IMG/VR virus record: IMGVR_UViG_3300042673_000573
Source of the DNA: an uncultured virus (IMG/VR IMGVR_UViG_3300042673_000573)
Taxonomy: Duplodnaviria; Heunggongvirae; Uroviricota; Caudoviricetes
Length of the DNA stretch: 55,584 bases
Direction: 5' to 3' (one strand)
The position numbers and the translations under genes were made by a program. Under the pieces are notes generated by a model. It worked only from the letters and a program-made list of their open reading frames with translations. It did not search any database and was not told where the DNA came from. Shown piece by piece: positions 1-10,021 of the stretch. Each line of letters opens with the position of its first letter. Position 1 is the stretch's first letter.

Positions 1-555
1 AGAGCCTTGCTTTAATAATTGATTAAGAAGTTGCTGTCTCTGTGCTGCGTATTGTATGCGTGTACCAAGTTCTGTAAACTTACCATTAGTCATTGCAAGG
101 GTTCTTGGCATTACCCTGATCGCATCGACAAGCCCTCCGTTAGCCTTTGCCAACTGAATATACTGAGACTGAATTGCCTTTACTCTGTCACGTCTTGCAC
201 GGTTAAAGATTTCACGCTCTGCTGCAAAAGCACGACTAAAAACCTTAGTGTTGGCAGTTGCAGCAGCAGCGGAATATCTGAAGTATTGCTTAAGGCTTAA
301 CTGGTTTTTTTCTAGTGCAGAGGTGAAAGCATGTGTACTAGTTTGCGCCCTAATCTGACTTGCAGAAAACTGCCCAGTCGCATTTATAGACTGAAGCATT
401 GCAGCATTTAAACCCTTTTGGGCATTTGCTGCTGCAACGTTACCTTGTGCTAGGGATTGATGAAATTTACTAAGTGCTCCTTGGAGTCTACGCAACTCTG
501 CCAGCGCACCAGCGGTGTCAAAATGTATACCTATGTTAGCATTTACATCAGACAC
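1..555 (-). CDS. Tape measure protein, N-terminal part (runs off window)
   Basis: Open frame from GTG at 555 (MSDVNANIGIHFDTAGALAELRRLQGALSKF...) to the window edge; Ala/Gln-rich helical sequence; follows tail tube and chaperone genes. Confidence 0.8.
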   Translation of the reverse strand, partial: MSDVNANIGIHFDTAGALAELRRLQGALSKFHQSLAQGNVAAANAQKGLNAAMLQSINATGQFSASQIRAQTSTHAFTSALEKNQLSLKQYFRYSAAAATANTKVFSRAFAAEREIFNRARRDRVKAIQSQYIQLAKANGGLVDAIRVMPRTLAMTNGKFTELGTRIQYAAQRQQLLNQLLKQGS

Positions 556-584
556 TATTCATAACACCCCTTTTCATTTTTTGT

Positions 585-908
585 CTATCGAATTGAATTT
601 ACAATATTTGCTGTATCACCAAGATTGATTCCTGCTGCTACTTCAATAATTTTATATACCGTTGGAAGATCTAAGATTTCTTCTAGGTTTTCTCTATCTT
701 CTGCGATATCTGCCTTGTACTGCTTTAGGGCAATCTGTACGCAATCAACTAATACATCCATTGACTTTTCGTTATCATCTGCCACTGTCGCCAATTCTCC
801 AAAGCGCTTCATGAAAGGCTTAAGAAGAGACAGTTTAAGTGGTCTTACTTCAATCGTTGTTCCATCAAGAAATGATATTTCATTTTTCTCTTGAGTCTTT
901 GCTGCCAT
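585..908 (-). CDS. Tail assembly chaperone (short paralog)
   Basis: Between tail tube and tape measure; similar to the N-terminal half of 965..1645 (PLK..L..FM, LD.PTVY.I...AAGI). Confidence 0.65.
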   Translation of the reverse strand: MAAKTQEKNEISFLDGTTIEVRPLKLSLLKPFMKRFGELATVADDNEKSMDVLVDCVQIALKQYKADIAEDRENLEEILDLPTVYKIIEVAAGINLGDTANIVNSIR

Positions 909-964
909 TGTATTTCCCCCTTGTGGTAGTAATTAATTATACCACGCTGAGAGCCTATTTTTAA

Positions 965-1645
965 CTAAATTGTTTCGTACTCTAGACCCATATTTATACC
1001 AAAACCAGCCTGCTTTGCCTTTATTCCTTGATAAGAAAGGATATCATTTGCATCTCTTGCTTCGCCTTTACCGAATACTCTTGACTTCATTTCTTCCCAT
1101 TCATCTTTTTTGCCAAGACTCTTATCTAAATCTACCCCTTGCATTGCTGCTAAAAACTTATTATGTCGATATTCCTGGTCTCTTTTTGCTGCCAAGGTAG
1201 CAGACAGTTCTGGCATTGACAAAGATAGTTCTAGTTCTTCGTAGTCTTTCCATATACCAAGAAGAAACACTTCTGATTCTAATGCTGCAAGATCTAAGCC
1301 TTCCCAAGATGTACCGCTTTCTTTTGCCTGCTCTACAACTGGCTCTTCTTCTTTTTCGTTTATTTTGATTCCAGCAGCAATCGCTAGTATTTCGTATACC
1401 GTTGGCATATCTAAATTATCTTGGATATCTTCTACACTATTAGATATTTGAGGATAGTATTGTTTCATAGATATTCTTACACACTCTGATAATGCTTCCA
1501 TACCTTCTTCATCATTTTTAGATTCCTTGACAACTTCAAAAGCAATCATAAACTCTCTTAAGTATTTTATTTTTAATGGAGAAACCTCAACAGGAGTATC
1601 ATCAATTAAATGAATAGTCAAAGAGTCGTATATTTTTGTTGTCAT
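965..1645 (-). CDS. Tail assembly chaperone (long paralog, GT-like)
   Basis: Start reassigned to ATG 1645 (MTTKIY), 6 nt after TGGTATACT; position and paralogy with 585..908. Confidence 0.6.
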   Translation of the reverse strand: MTTKIYDSLTIHLIDDTPVEVSPLKIKYLREFMIAFEVVKESKNDEEGMEALSECVRISMKQYYPQISNSVEDIQDNLDMPTVYEILAIAAGIKINEKEEEPVVEQAKESGTSWEGLDLAALESEVFLLGIWKDYEELELSLSMPELSATLAAKRDQEYRHNKFLAAMQGVDLDKSLGKKDEWEEMKSRVFGKGEARDANDILSYQGIKAKQAGFGINMGLEYETI

Positions 1646-1663
1646 AAAACAAGTATACCAAAC

Positions 1664-1693
1664 AGAAAAGCCCAATCTCGAAAGACTGGGCTA
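1664..1693 (-). terminator. Intrinsic terminator after tail tube gene
   Basis: Minus strand AGCCCAGTC-TTTCGA-GATTGGGCT followed by TTTCT. Confidence 0.7.
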
Positions 1694-1712
1694 TCTGCTT
1701 TATTAAGTTGTA

Positions 1713-2336
1713 TTATGCTAGATCTGTACGGTCTACGATCTTGCCGTATGAACCGTCATTGTTTGGTAGCAAACGGAATGAAACTTCAAACATTGAAGCC
1801 TCGTCACGCTTTGATGATACAGAAACATTCTCAATTGAGATTGCACGGTATGCTGAGTAAATACGCTCAACAGCCTTGTCTGCTCCACCATAACCTGAAC
1901 CTACTGCAATAAGACCACGCTCAACTGGGACATCGCCCAAGTCTCCTGCAGAAATATCAAGTGTAACCTTATCAAGATCTGAGTCATCTAGATCTGCGTC
2001 TGGACGAGCAATTGCAATTAGCAAGTTTTCTAGAGTTGCCTCTGCGAAAGATGTTGCCATTGTTACCTGCATGCCCTGCTTAAATAGTTTTGCTACGTCA
2101 AGAACCTGATCCACGTTAACTTCACCGAAGTCTGGTTGGAACTGTAGTTCTAGTCCGTTGCTTGTATAACCAACATTTGTAAAACCTGTTGGACCTGAAG
2201 TTGCTGATAGTGTATCAACATACTTTGTCCCAGGTACGAATGCTGGTGTTGTTGCCATAGTTCCAGTTGCGTTCTTTACGAACAGTGCTGCTGCACCAAC
2301 AATAATGTTGCTGGAATTACCTTTTTGATATGCCAT
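1713..2336 (-). CDS. Major tail tube protein
   Basis: NIIVGAA..F, VGYTSNGLELQFQPDF..VDQ, SFAEATLENL motifs typical of siphovirus tubes; position upstream of chaperones. Confidence 0.8.
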   Translation of the reverse strand: MAYQKGNSSNIIVGAAALFVKNATGTMATTPAFVPGTKYVDTLSATSGPTGFTNVGYTSNGLELQFQPDFGEVNVDQVLDVAKLFKQGMQVTMATSFAEATLENLLIAIARPDADLDDSDLDKVTLDISAGDLGDVPVERGLIAVGSGYGGADKAVERIYSAYRAISIENVSVSSKRDEASMFEVSFRLLPNNDGSYGKIVDRTDLA

Positions 2337-2407
2337 GCTTCCACCTCTTTTTCCTTGTTAGAATTTGAAGCGCTTGTTTCCTCGTTCTTATTATATCACC
2401 ATTTTTA

Positions 2408-2929
2408 CTAGTCTGATTTGTGCCAGTCGTAGTCGATGATCATCTTATTCCCCGCATATGTTCGGGCTGTTCCGAAATCAATGATATCTCTTACTTCTTC
2501 TAGTTGATAGATCTTAAAATGATGGAAGAATACAGGCTTAGATTCTGCTGACCATAGTCCTACATTTTCTCTTGCCCAGTTGTTAATTTCTTCTGCAGAC
2601 TCATCTCCAGAGTCTAGTAGGTCGCTGACATACTGCTGGATGTGAACCATTTGCTCCTGTGGAAGCATTGTTGCATTACCTGTAGCATAAAAGTAGTATA
2701 AGACCTGCTCACACTTTATATGTGGAAATGGGCCTCTACGCATTCTAAACATTCTGTCATATACCGCAAAAAGTCCATTGCTGTTTGGAAAAGTCTGTGT
2801 CAAAGAGTCAATGTCTGTTGGAAGAGTTGGAAAGAAATATGTTGCCTCTCCAGTTCCAAATCTTTCATCTATCTTTGCTGCAAGATACTTATTGATTATA
2901 CTTGGTGGATGATGTATTAGTGCTGACAT
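2408..2929 (-). CDS. Tail terminator/completion protein (putative)
   Basis: Size and position directly upstream of tail tube. Confidence 0.5.
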   Translation of the reverse strand: MSALIHHPPSIINKYLAAKIDERFGTGEATYFFPTLPTDIDSLTQTFPNSNGLFAVYDRMFRMRRGPFPHIKCEQVLYYFYATGNATMLPQEQMVHIQQYVSDLLDSGDESAEEINNWARENVGLWSAESKPVFFHHFKIYQLEEVRDIIDFGTARTYAGNKMIIDYDWHKSD

Positions 2930-3606
2930 TATTTAACTCCTATCAAACTTGCATTAGCAATCCAGCGATACCCTGTTTTTATCCCTTGAGATCTTCCAGA
3001 CTTGCTTCCTGCTGGCAGATCTTTTTTGTATGCTTTTGGATATTTAAACTGTTTAGATAAACCACTTGTTTTTAAAAATGATTGACGGAAATATACTCCA
3101 AAGAATTCATTGATTACTTTTTCAAACTGACCCTTTGTTTCTCCTCCAGGATTAGTAACTACAACGGGGTTTGATGTAAATATTTGCTCTCCGTCAATAT
3201 CAAAAGACAGAACGTTTGCTTTCTTTGGCTTAATTGTTACGGGAAGACCTGCTTCCATAATCTTTGCTTTGTCAGAAAATGGAACGTTAGAACCTTCTTT
3301 TATAGATGTTGATTGGCGTAGATTTGATTTAAAAGAAATTCCAAGAGGACTAATTGTATAGTCTATGTCAAACAATCTTGCTTTTGGACTACCAGTCAGT
3401 GTCCATTCATAAACGTGGTGTAAAAGTTCTGGCGTAACTCTAGCATTTGAATCAATATACTGTGAAGCAAGTTCAACAATCTGTGGGGCTAAGTCATTAA
3501 ATAATTGCGTCTTTCCTTTTTGAACTCCATCTAGAAATCCAAAAGAATAAGACATAATGTTGTCCATTTCTTTTTTAAATCTTTTACTTTCTGTAGTAAC
3601 TCTCAT
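2929..3606 (-). CDS. Neck/tail completion protein (putative)
   Basis: Synteny in head-tail module; coupled stop/start. Confidence 0.45.
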   Translation of the reverse strand: MRVTTESKRFKKEMDNIMSYSFGFLDGVQKGKTQLFNDLAPQIVELASQYIDSNARVTPELLHHVYEWTLTGSPKARLFDIDYTISPLGISFKSNLRQSTSIKEGSNVPFSDKAKIMEAGLPVTIKPKKANVLSFDIDGEQIFTSNPVVVTNPGGETKGQFEKVINEFFGVYFRQSFLKTSGLSKQFKYPKAYKKDLPAGSKSGRSQGIKTGYRWIANASLIGVK

Positions 3607-4052
3607 AGGTCACCTGTTTGATTTTCTGATCTACGAATAATTATTCTATAGTATTCAATACTGCCAAAGGCTCCAGTTACAGGTTCAAATGTTGCAATTT
3701 CAAATAGTGTTGGCTTTCCAACTCTCGGTCCAGATGTTTCAAGAAATATCCTGTTTCCAGTTTGATCAGAAATATCTGTAAGCAATATATTTGTCATTGC
3801 CTGAGCATCTTCTCTGCTTGAAAAACGAATATCGCTTTTTGTTCTTCCAACCAAAATTGAGTTTGTTGTTATATTTACATTAGGCTTAACTTCTTCTTTA
3901 AATGCTGATCCGCCAGATGTGAAGTTGCAGGCTACTGTTCTGTCTAATATCCATTGCTTTTTAATTGCTCCATAATTTCCTTGCTCAACTATTGGGTAGT
4001 ATAAAGACGCTTGCATTGGAAACATAAAGTCTGGATCTTCGCACACGGCCAT
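3603..4052 (-). CDS. Head closure/stopper protein (putative)
   Basis: 149 aa beta-rich protein downstream of adaptor. Confidence 0.5.
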   Translation of the reverse strand: MAVCEDPDFMFPMQASLYYPIVEQGNYGAIKKQWILDRTVACNFTSGGSAFKEEVKPNVNITTNSILVGRTKSDIRFSSREDAQAMTNILLTDISDQTGNRIFLETSGPRVGKPTLFEIATFEPVTGAFGSIEYYRIIIRRSENQTGDL

Positions 4053-4945
4053 TATAAAACCCCAATTTTTTTAATAGACTTTGCATACTTTGAAAGTATT
4101 TTGTCTACAATTATATTTCCTGTTCCCTCAAAAAGACCTTTATCAAATTGTATTTTAAATTGGTCTGTATTATATGATGAAATATATCTCTTATAGTAGT
4201 CTAATTTTCCACAATCAATATCATGAATTAACATCTCTGTAGCACGTCTTATATCTGATGGAACAGTTTCGTATCCGTGCTCAACAACAAATCGATAATC
4301 CCAGCCTCTTGCAAAACCACGATAAATAAATGTTGTATCAATTGTATCTGATTGTCCAGCAGGAATAATAATTGGAGCGCCTTCCATTCTGTCAATTAAG
4401 TCTGAAGAAGACTCAACAATTGCAGATTTGTCTGGAGTCACAGAATAAGATCTGTCTTCAACAAGAACATTGTTTTCATATACTGCTAATATTTTCTTTA
4501 CATTATCCCAAACTGGAACATAGTCAGAACCATTTCCTGATACCTCTAAAACCTTTTTTTCATAGTAAAATCCTTCTGGGATTACTGAATCAATCACTGC
4601 TCTTGCAATTTCTTCTTTAAGTGCATACTCCGCAATTTCGGATGCAGTTGTTCCGTTGTCTTCTGGGTTTGAGTATGGTCTAATTATTTCATAAAACTCT
4701 TCGTAAACTAAATTTGTAGCATCAGAACTATCATTAGCAAAAACTTCTATTTTATAGTCATTATCATGTCTTCCTGAAACTGATGAGGATAGTCTTGCCC
4801 CTGTTTGAGGATTTGCATATGTTGTCTCTGTTACTGAAAGATCCGCCATATCTATTACTTTTACAACAAAGTCGTCAGACCCAATTGGCACCAAATAGTG
4901 CTCTATAAAAATAACATCATATGGCGGAACTCTCAATATTTCCAT
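4052..4945 (-). CDS. Head-to-tail adaptor
   Basis: HGYETVPSDIRRATEMLI and terminal VDKILSKY motifs typical of adaptors. Confidence 0.65.
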   Translation of the reverse strand: MEILRVPPYDVIFIEHYLVPIGSDDFVVKVIDMADLSVTETTYANPQTGARLSSSVSGRHDNDYKIEVFANDSSDATNLVYEEFYEIIRPYSNPEDNGTTASEIAEYALKEEIARAVIDSVIPEGFYYEKKVLEVSGNGSDYVPVWDNVKKILAVYENNVLVEDRSYSVTPDKSAIVESSSDLIDRMEGAPIIIPAGQSDTIDTTFIYRGFARGWDYRFVVEHGYETVPSDIRRATEMLIHDIDCGKLDYYKRYISSYNTDQFKIQFDKGLFEGTGNIIVDKILSKYAKSIKKIGVL

Positions 4946-4946
4946 A

Positions 4947-5384
4947 TTAGTTTTCCAATGCTGCTTTTAGTTCATCTGGTGTTGCAAGTCTAATATGATC
5001 ACGAGACAACCACTTATCAGCAGCAGCCTTAGTAACAATATTAAATCCACGATAAACCTTGCCAGCCTCTGGCCATGAAACATTTCTTGTAGAATGAATT
5101 GCGACCTTGTCAGAATTATCAGCCTTTGGAGCGTCTGATGGCTTTGGACCATCTGCTGCCATTGAACCAATAGCACCACTCTTTAGAAAGCCTAGAGCCT
5201 GATCAGGAGCCTTTGGGGCCTCTGCTACAACTGGTGTTGGATCTTCAACAGGAAGAGTTCTTGGCTCTACCGCAATTTCTACAACTGGTGTTTCTACAAC
5301 CTCTGGTGCTGGAGTTTCTACAACTTCTTCTACTGGAAGAACTGTTGAATCTTCTGTTACGTTTTCATTAAAATTATTTTCCAT
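4947..5384 (-). CDS. Hypothetical protein, acidic E/P/V-rich N-terminus
   Basis: ORF with AAGGAGG RBS and its own TGATATAAT promoter. Confidence 0.7.
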   Translation of the reverse strand: MENNFNENVTEDSTVLPVEEVVETPAPEVVETPVVEIAVEPRTLPVEDPTPVVAEAPKAPDQALGFLKSGAIGSMAADGPKPSDAPKADNSDKVAIHSTRNVSWPEAGKVYRGFNIVTKAAADKWLSRDHIRLATPDELKAALEN

Positions 5385-5419
5385 TATATCCTCCTTGTTT
5401 GTATTATATCATTAAAGTA

Positions 5420-5458
5420 TTAAGGGGGACAGGAGAGTGAACTCCCGCCCCCCATTAA
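5420..5458 (-). terminator. Hairpin/terminator after capsid gene
   Basis: Imperfect GC-rich inverted repeat GGGGGACAGGAG...CTCCCGCCCCCC. Confidence 0.5.
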
Positions 5459-5474
5459 AGGTACTGTTTACAGA

Positions 5475-6608
5475 TTATGCATCTGCAGCAGCGTCAGCGA
5501 ATGCAATTGCATCCTCTTCTTCCCACTGAATACCAAAGCGGACGAATACTGTGTACTCAATTGTGTCCTTCTTTGCTACGTATTCACGGTTTACAGTGAT
5601 GTCACGCTGGAATCCCCATACACGGTTTGCAGGGAATGTCAAGTCGATATAGCCTGCTGGGTAGTAAGGAACTTCCTGAACTTCAATTCCGAGAACACGA
5701 GTTGTACGTGCTCCACCGAATGTCTGTCCAATACCATCAAGGTATGATTGGCGGTTTGCCTGGGTTGATCCTGGCATCTGGCCTGCAAATGCTTCTGCTA
5801 CTGCATCAGCAAGTGTACCGTTGTTCTTAACGATTCCACCGAATGCATCTGTACCTGCGTAGAACTTAAGATTGTTCTTAAGTGCACGGTACTTGCGTGG
5901 CATTGCATTGATGATGCCCTGCATTACATCAGGTGTCCAAGCATTATCTGCTACGGTTACTACTGACTCATGTGCATCTCCGTTTGTCTTTACCTTCTTG
6001 ATAAAGCCTGGCATGATTGACAAGAATGCTCCTGTTGCACCATCACCATTGATAGCGAGATCTTCGATATCATTTGCGAATGCGTTGGTCATCAAGCGTA
6101 CTAAGTGATCTTCTAGAGCGTCACCTTCTACACCATCTTCCAATGATTCTGCTGTTACTTCCCAATCAAGACGAATCTTCTTGGTAGTAAGTTCGACCTT
6201 AGAGAATGTTGCGCCTGTGTTTGTGTATGTACCAATTGCTTGCGCTGCTGCACGAATTACACGCTCACCGACATTTACCTTCTCAAGTTCCATTGAATTA
6301 GCCTTCATTGTTACACGACGGCCATCCTTTGCTAATACTGTAGCGTCCCAAACATAGTCGATAAAACGACGTGCCTGCTCGGGGCGCAAAATTCCAGAAG
6401 CCGCTGAACCACTAGGGTTAACAGCATTTGCTCCGCTTGTTGATCCAAGAGTTGCTGTTGGAATATTACCAAGTGTCGATGCACCTGGATCTGTTACTCC
6501 ACCAACACCACCTGATGCGAAAGCACCTTGGCCTTGGTACAGACCTGGATTTGTTCCTCCTAGATTTGCACTCTCGCCTGGCTGGTTTTTGATTATTTCT
6601 TCTGACAT
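5475..6608 (-). CDS. Major capsid protein (HK97 fold)
   Basis: GILRPEQARRFID, AFANDIEDLAINGD, NAMPRKY motifs; AGGAGG RBS before ATG 6608; downstream of protease. Confidence 0.9.
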   Translation of the reverse strand: MSEEIIKNQPGESANLGGTNPGLYQGQGAFASGGVGGVTDPGASTLGNIPTATLGSTSGANAVNPSGSAASGILRPEQARRFIDYVWDATVLAKDGRRVTMKANSMELEKVNVGERVIRAAAQAIGTYTNTGATFSKVELTTKKIRLDWEVTAESLEDGVEGDALEDHLVRLMTNAFANDIEDLAINGDGATGAFLSIMPGFIKKVKTNGDAHESVVTVADNAWTPDVMQGIINAMPRKYRALKNNLKFYAGTDAFGGIVKNNGTLADAVAEAFAGQMPGSTQANRQSYLDGIGQTFGGARTTRVLGIEVQEVPYYPAGYIDLTFPANRVWGFQRDITVNREYVAKKDTIEYTVFVRFGIQWEEEDAIAFADAAADA

Positions 6609-6631
6609 ATTGTCACCTCCTAGTGATTTGT

Positions 6632-7972
6632 TCATTTGAATAGATCGGCTGTTTTGAGGAAACTACCGCCCCATAGGGATTTTTCAACCATTTCAGGTTG
6701 AGACTGTAAGATATCGCCGATATCTCCAGACTTTCGGAATGCGGTTTCTGCTTCCACAGCGTCTACTCGTTTTCCAAATTCATTAAATTCACCTGAAACT
6801 GCTGCAATATCTTTTGCAACTGCTTCGAATGAACTCTTTACTGTATCAACATCTACCTTTGAAGACTTAAGAAGTTCTACTTCTGCTTGCAAAGACTTAA
6901 CTGTTGACAATAGATCGCTAAAGGCTGATGTTAGATTATTCTTGATTTCGGTAATTGCTTCAGCAACTACGTCATCTGACTTAGATACATCTGCGTCTGC
7001 GTCTGCTACTTCTTCAACTGTTTCTGCAACTGGTGCTTCTTCAGTCTCTGCTGCTGGTGCTTCATCTGATTTAACAACATCTGTTGTTTCAATCTCTTCT
7101 GCCTTTGCAACCTCTTCTGTAACTTCTTCAACCACGGCATCTGCCTCTGGAGCGACCACAACATCTTCAACTACATCAGTCTTTTCAACTTTTGCTTTTG
7201 CTTTTGTCATAGGACTTACCTCCTTGTTAATCTTAGAAGTATTAATGCCTTTAGCACTATCAACTAAGAATTTTATCATTTCTATTTTTTCATTATCCGT
7301 TTTTTCAACGAACCCTATATTTTCCATTGCTTCTCCAGAAGTTGGGCTGACTTCGGATTCATTTTCTGAAACCATAACGATACCAGATTCTTTATCATAA
7401 AAAACATTTTCTAATACTGTTTCATCTGCTTTAATAACATCTACGCCATCAACTTTTTCAACAGAAACAATATTTGCAAATTGATTTGCTGGTGAATCTA
7501 CAAGACTTAACTCTACCAAATCATATTGCTTAATAATTCTAATTTGTGTGTCTGACTTTTCATCATATCCGTCATCCCACTTATTCATTCTTCCGCCAAT
7601 AGAAAAACCAGCAAGAGTTCCATCTAGAACTTTTTCCCAAGTATCTTGTGCACCCTTTGAAACATATGCAGATACAAATACTCCATTATAGAATTTCTTT
7701 GTTTCTGGATCAAAGTACTTTTCTGCTTTGAAGTCTACCATCTTGCCTACTGCTAATGGCTGATGCATTTCTCTAATGTTCCCACGGAATTTTGCAAATG
7801 CTTCCATGGATGCTTCTGCTGTTACAATATCATTTTGCTTATCAATGTTATCAAGGGACGCAAAACCAGATACGGTACGTCGCTCTTTGTCTACCTTGCT
7901 AAAAGGCATTGAAAGACGCAGATTGTCCCCATCTGAATTCCAATGGGCCTTGGATATATTGCTCACCATCAT
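6632..7972 (-). CDS. Prohead protease with acidic scaffold C-terminus
   Basis: VSGFAS..DKQND, REMH, GFSIGG, ELSLVDSPAN motifs; long E/A/V-rich tail; start may be 7972, 7969 or 7966. Confidence 0.85.
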   Translation of the reverse strand: MMVSNISKAHWNSDGDNLRLSMPFSKVDKERRTVSGFASLDNIDKQNDIVTAEASMEAFAKFRGNIREMHQPLAVGKMVDFKAEKYFDPETKKFYNGVFVSAYVSKGAQDTWEKVLDGTLAGFSIGGRMNKWDDGYDEKSDTQIRIIKQYDLVELSLVDSPANQFANIVSVEKVDGVDVIKADETVLENVFYDKESGIVMVSENESEVSPTSGEAMENIGFVEKTDNEKIEMIKFLVDSAKGINTSKINKEVSPMTKAKAKVEKTDVVEDVVVAPEADAVVEEVTEEVAKAEEIETTDVVKSDEAPAAETEEAPVAETVEEVADADADVSKSDDVVAEAITEIKNNLTSAFSDLLSTVKSLQAEVELLKSSKVDVDTVKSSFEAVAKDIAAVSGEFNEFGKRVDAVEAETAFRKSGDIGDILQSQPEMVEKSLWGGSFLKTADLFK

Positions 7973-8021
7973 ATTATAAACCCCTTTTAACAATTATATC
8001 ACAATGTGGACAAATCGGGCA

Positions 8022-9617
8022 TTAGGGAGTTTTTCTTCCCTCTCCCTTTGGGCCTCTTCCAGCAACTGTTGATGTGCTGTCTGAATTATTATTTGTTCGT
8101 TCCGAATCTCTTGCTCTTGTTGTATTTGCCTCTGCTGCTGCAGCAGGCTTGAGTTCAAGAACTTCATCTCCACCCTCACGCTGTGGCATATCAAGAACAA
8201 CACGTGCCTCATTTGGAGTCATGATTTGATTTTTGACATAGCGTTCAAGAATTTGAGACTGAGCAATTTCATCTGTAAGGGTGAGTTCATTAAATGTAAA
8301 CTCAAGAATATCTGTCTTTTCTCTAATGACTTTATTGATCATTTTCTCAAGTTGTCGCTGGGCTGGTCTTGCTACCTGCTCCTTAAAGGTGCGATCCTGT
8401 GCAAGTGCTGCTGCAATAGATCCAGAATCGCCACCTCCAAGTTTAGATAGTGGCACTTGATGTGCTACCAGGATATCATCACGGTTTTGTTTACGATACT
8501 CTTTAAATGAGCCGTCTTGTATACCGTCTTCGATGGGATCCATCTTGAATTCAACTTTATTTGTATCGCTATCTCCTGGTAGTGGAATATATAGCGTTCT
8601 GTGTGATTGACCTTTTAGACTTGTCTGTAAGAATCTAAACATCTTATCTTCTGCGTCACTTGATAGTTTAGCACCCTTTAAAGTAATAACATATCTTGGC
8701 ACTGCCTTGTTAGCAAAATAATCAATATTGTACTGAGACGCAAGAGAATCTCCATGTAGAGAATTTATTGCAGACATAATATCTGGCACACCATAAAATG
8801 TATTTAATGGTGAGTATTGTTTAAAATGAATAATCTCATTTGGTCTTGCATCGGTAGTTAATGGATTCTGATTCTTTGCACCAAAGTTACGGAAGTAAAC
8901 AATCTTATTTCCAATAATCTGAACATATCCATCTTTAATTCTTCTAACTCTCATAGTTGTGGAAGGAATATGTCCTACATATCCAATCTCTCCACGAGTA
9001 GTTCTGCCAATTTCTAGATATCCGTTACCTGTAGACTGTAGGTCTGTGTAAACTTTTTCCATTGTTGCAGTAAAAGAATCGTCATCATTTAATGACTCTA
9101 GCCAGTCTCTTACTTCAATCTTTGCTCTTTCAATTCTCTTACGTGCTTTTTGTGTAGCACTGTTATCTTCTGAAGATTCAAGCCTTAACATTGTTCTTGG
9201 AGAAACCTTGAACTCATATCCAAGTCCAACAATGTTTTCTACCTTGGCATCGATTGCTGCGTGGTTTGCAAATGATGTGTCATAGTAGTTTGCCAATTCA
9301 TAAAGGTTCCATGGTGGTGTGATAACATCAAACATTCCATAGCCGTTTACATATACTAGGCCTGGGTTTATTTCTTTTGACTGTGCTCCGTCAATACCGC
9401 TTTTTCCAGCAAGTGCTGCTGTCGTGTATTGGGTTGTTGGCTCAACCATTTTTGTTGAAGTTCTACTTATACGTCTTTTAAAATTTGCTTCTAGTCCATC
9501 AAGGCCTTTTAGAGTATCCCAGTTTCCGTTAAAAGGATCTGATTTTGAAAACAAGTCTTCTGCTCTATTTGATTCATCAATACTTGCTCCGATGATGTAT
9601 TCGTTATCTTCTGACAT
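8022..9617 (-). CDS. Portal protein (PBSX-like)
   Basis: TGNGYLEI, EIIHFKQYSP..FYGVP, ILVAHQVP, MTPNEAR motifs. Confidence 0.9.
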   Translation of the reverse strand: MSEDNEYIIGASIDESNRAEDLFSKSDPFNGNWDTLKGLDGLEANFKRRISRTSTKMVEPTTQYTTAALAGKSGIDGAQSKEINPGLVYVNGYGMFDVITPPWNLYELANYYDTSFANHAAIDAKVENIVGLGYEFKVSPRTMLRLESSEDNSATQKARKRIERAKIEVRDWLESLNDDDSFTATMEKVYTDLQSTGNGYLEIGRTTRGEIGYVGHIPSTTMRVRRIKDGYVQIIGNKIVYFRNFGAKNQNPLTTDARPNEIIHFKQYSPLNTFYGVPDIMSAINSLHGDSLASQYNIDYFANKAVPRYVITLKGAKLSSDAEDKMFRFLQTSLKGQSHRTLYIPLPGDSDTNKVEFKMDPIEDGIQDGSFKEYRKQNRDDILVAHQVPLSKLGGGDSGSIAAALAQDRTFKEQVARPAQRQLEKMINKVIREKTDILEFTFNELTLTDEIAQSQILERYVKNQIMTPNEARVVLDMPQREGGDEVLELKPAAAAEANTTRARDSERTNNNSDSTSTVAGRGPKGEGRKTP

Positions 9618-10009
9618 TAGTCTTCCTCTCCATAAAGAGCGATTGTGTCTTTGGCTGCTTGAACAGCACCAAGATCGTTTAGGTTTGGAAGAAGTCCAGA
9701 CTTCATACGATCTACTTGTTCAGAATATTCTTCTTCTGAAACCCTTGTTAACCCTGGAACAAATACGCAAGTTCCGTCTCCTGGATCTCCATAATACATT
9801 GCAGTCTTTTTTAATTCTGCCATTCTAGAAATATCATTTTTGTCTGAGGGAATGTTTAGAACAGAGCCATTTCCGTCTGTAAACCACTTGCCATTTGCCT
9901 TTTTGTATACATATAAACCCCAGTCATAGTTCTTTTCAATGACTTGGCGTCTTACATTCTTTACAATTGGTTGACCAGTTTTTGGGTCTATTAGTGAATC
10001 CATAACCAC
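9617..10009 (-). CDS. Hypothetical protein
   Basis: ORF coupled to portal start; TGGTATACT upstream. Confidence 0.7.
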   Translation of the reverse strand: MVMDSLIDPKTGQPIVKNVRRQVIEKNYDWGLYVYKKANGKWFTDGNGSVLNIPSDKNDISRMAELKKTAMYYGDPGDGTCVFVPGLTRVSEEEYSEQVDRMKSGLLPNLNDLGAVQAAKDTIALYGEED

Positions 10010-10021
10010 AAGTATACCATA

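Noticed and set aside
6942..7400. Plus-strand Ser/Thr-rich ORF and similar antisense ORFs over structural genes
   Set aside because: Antisense shadows of biased codon usage in the real minus-strand genes.
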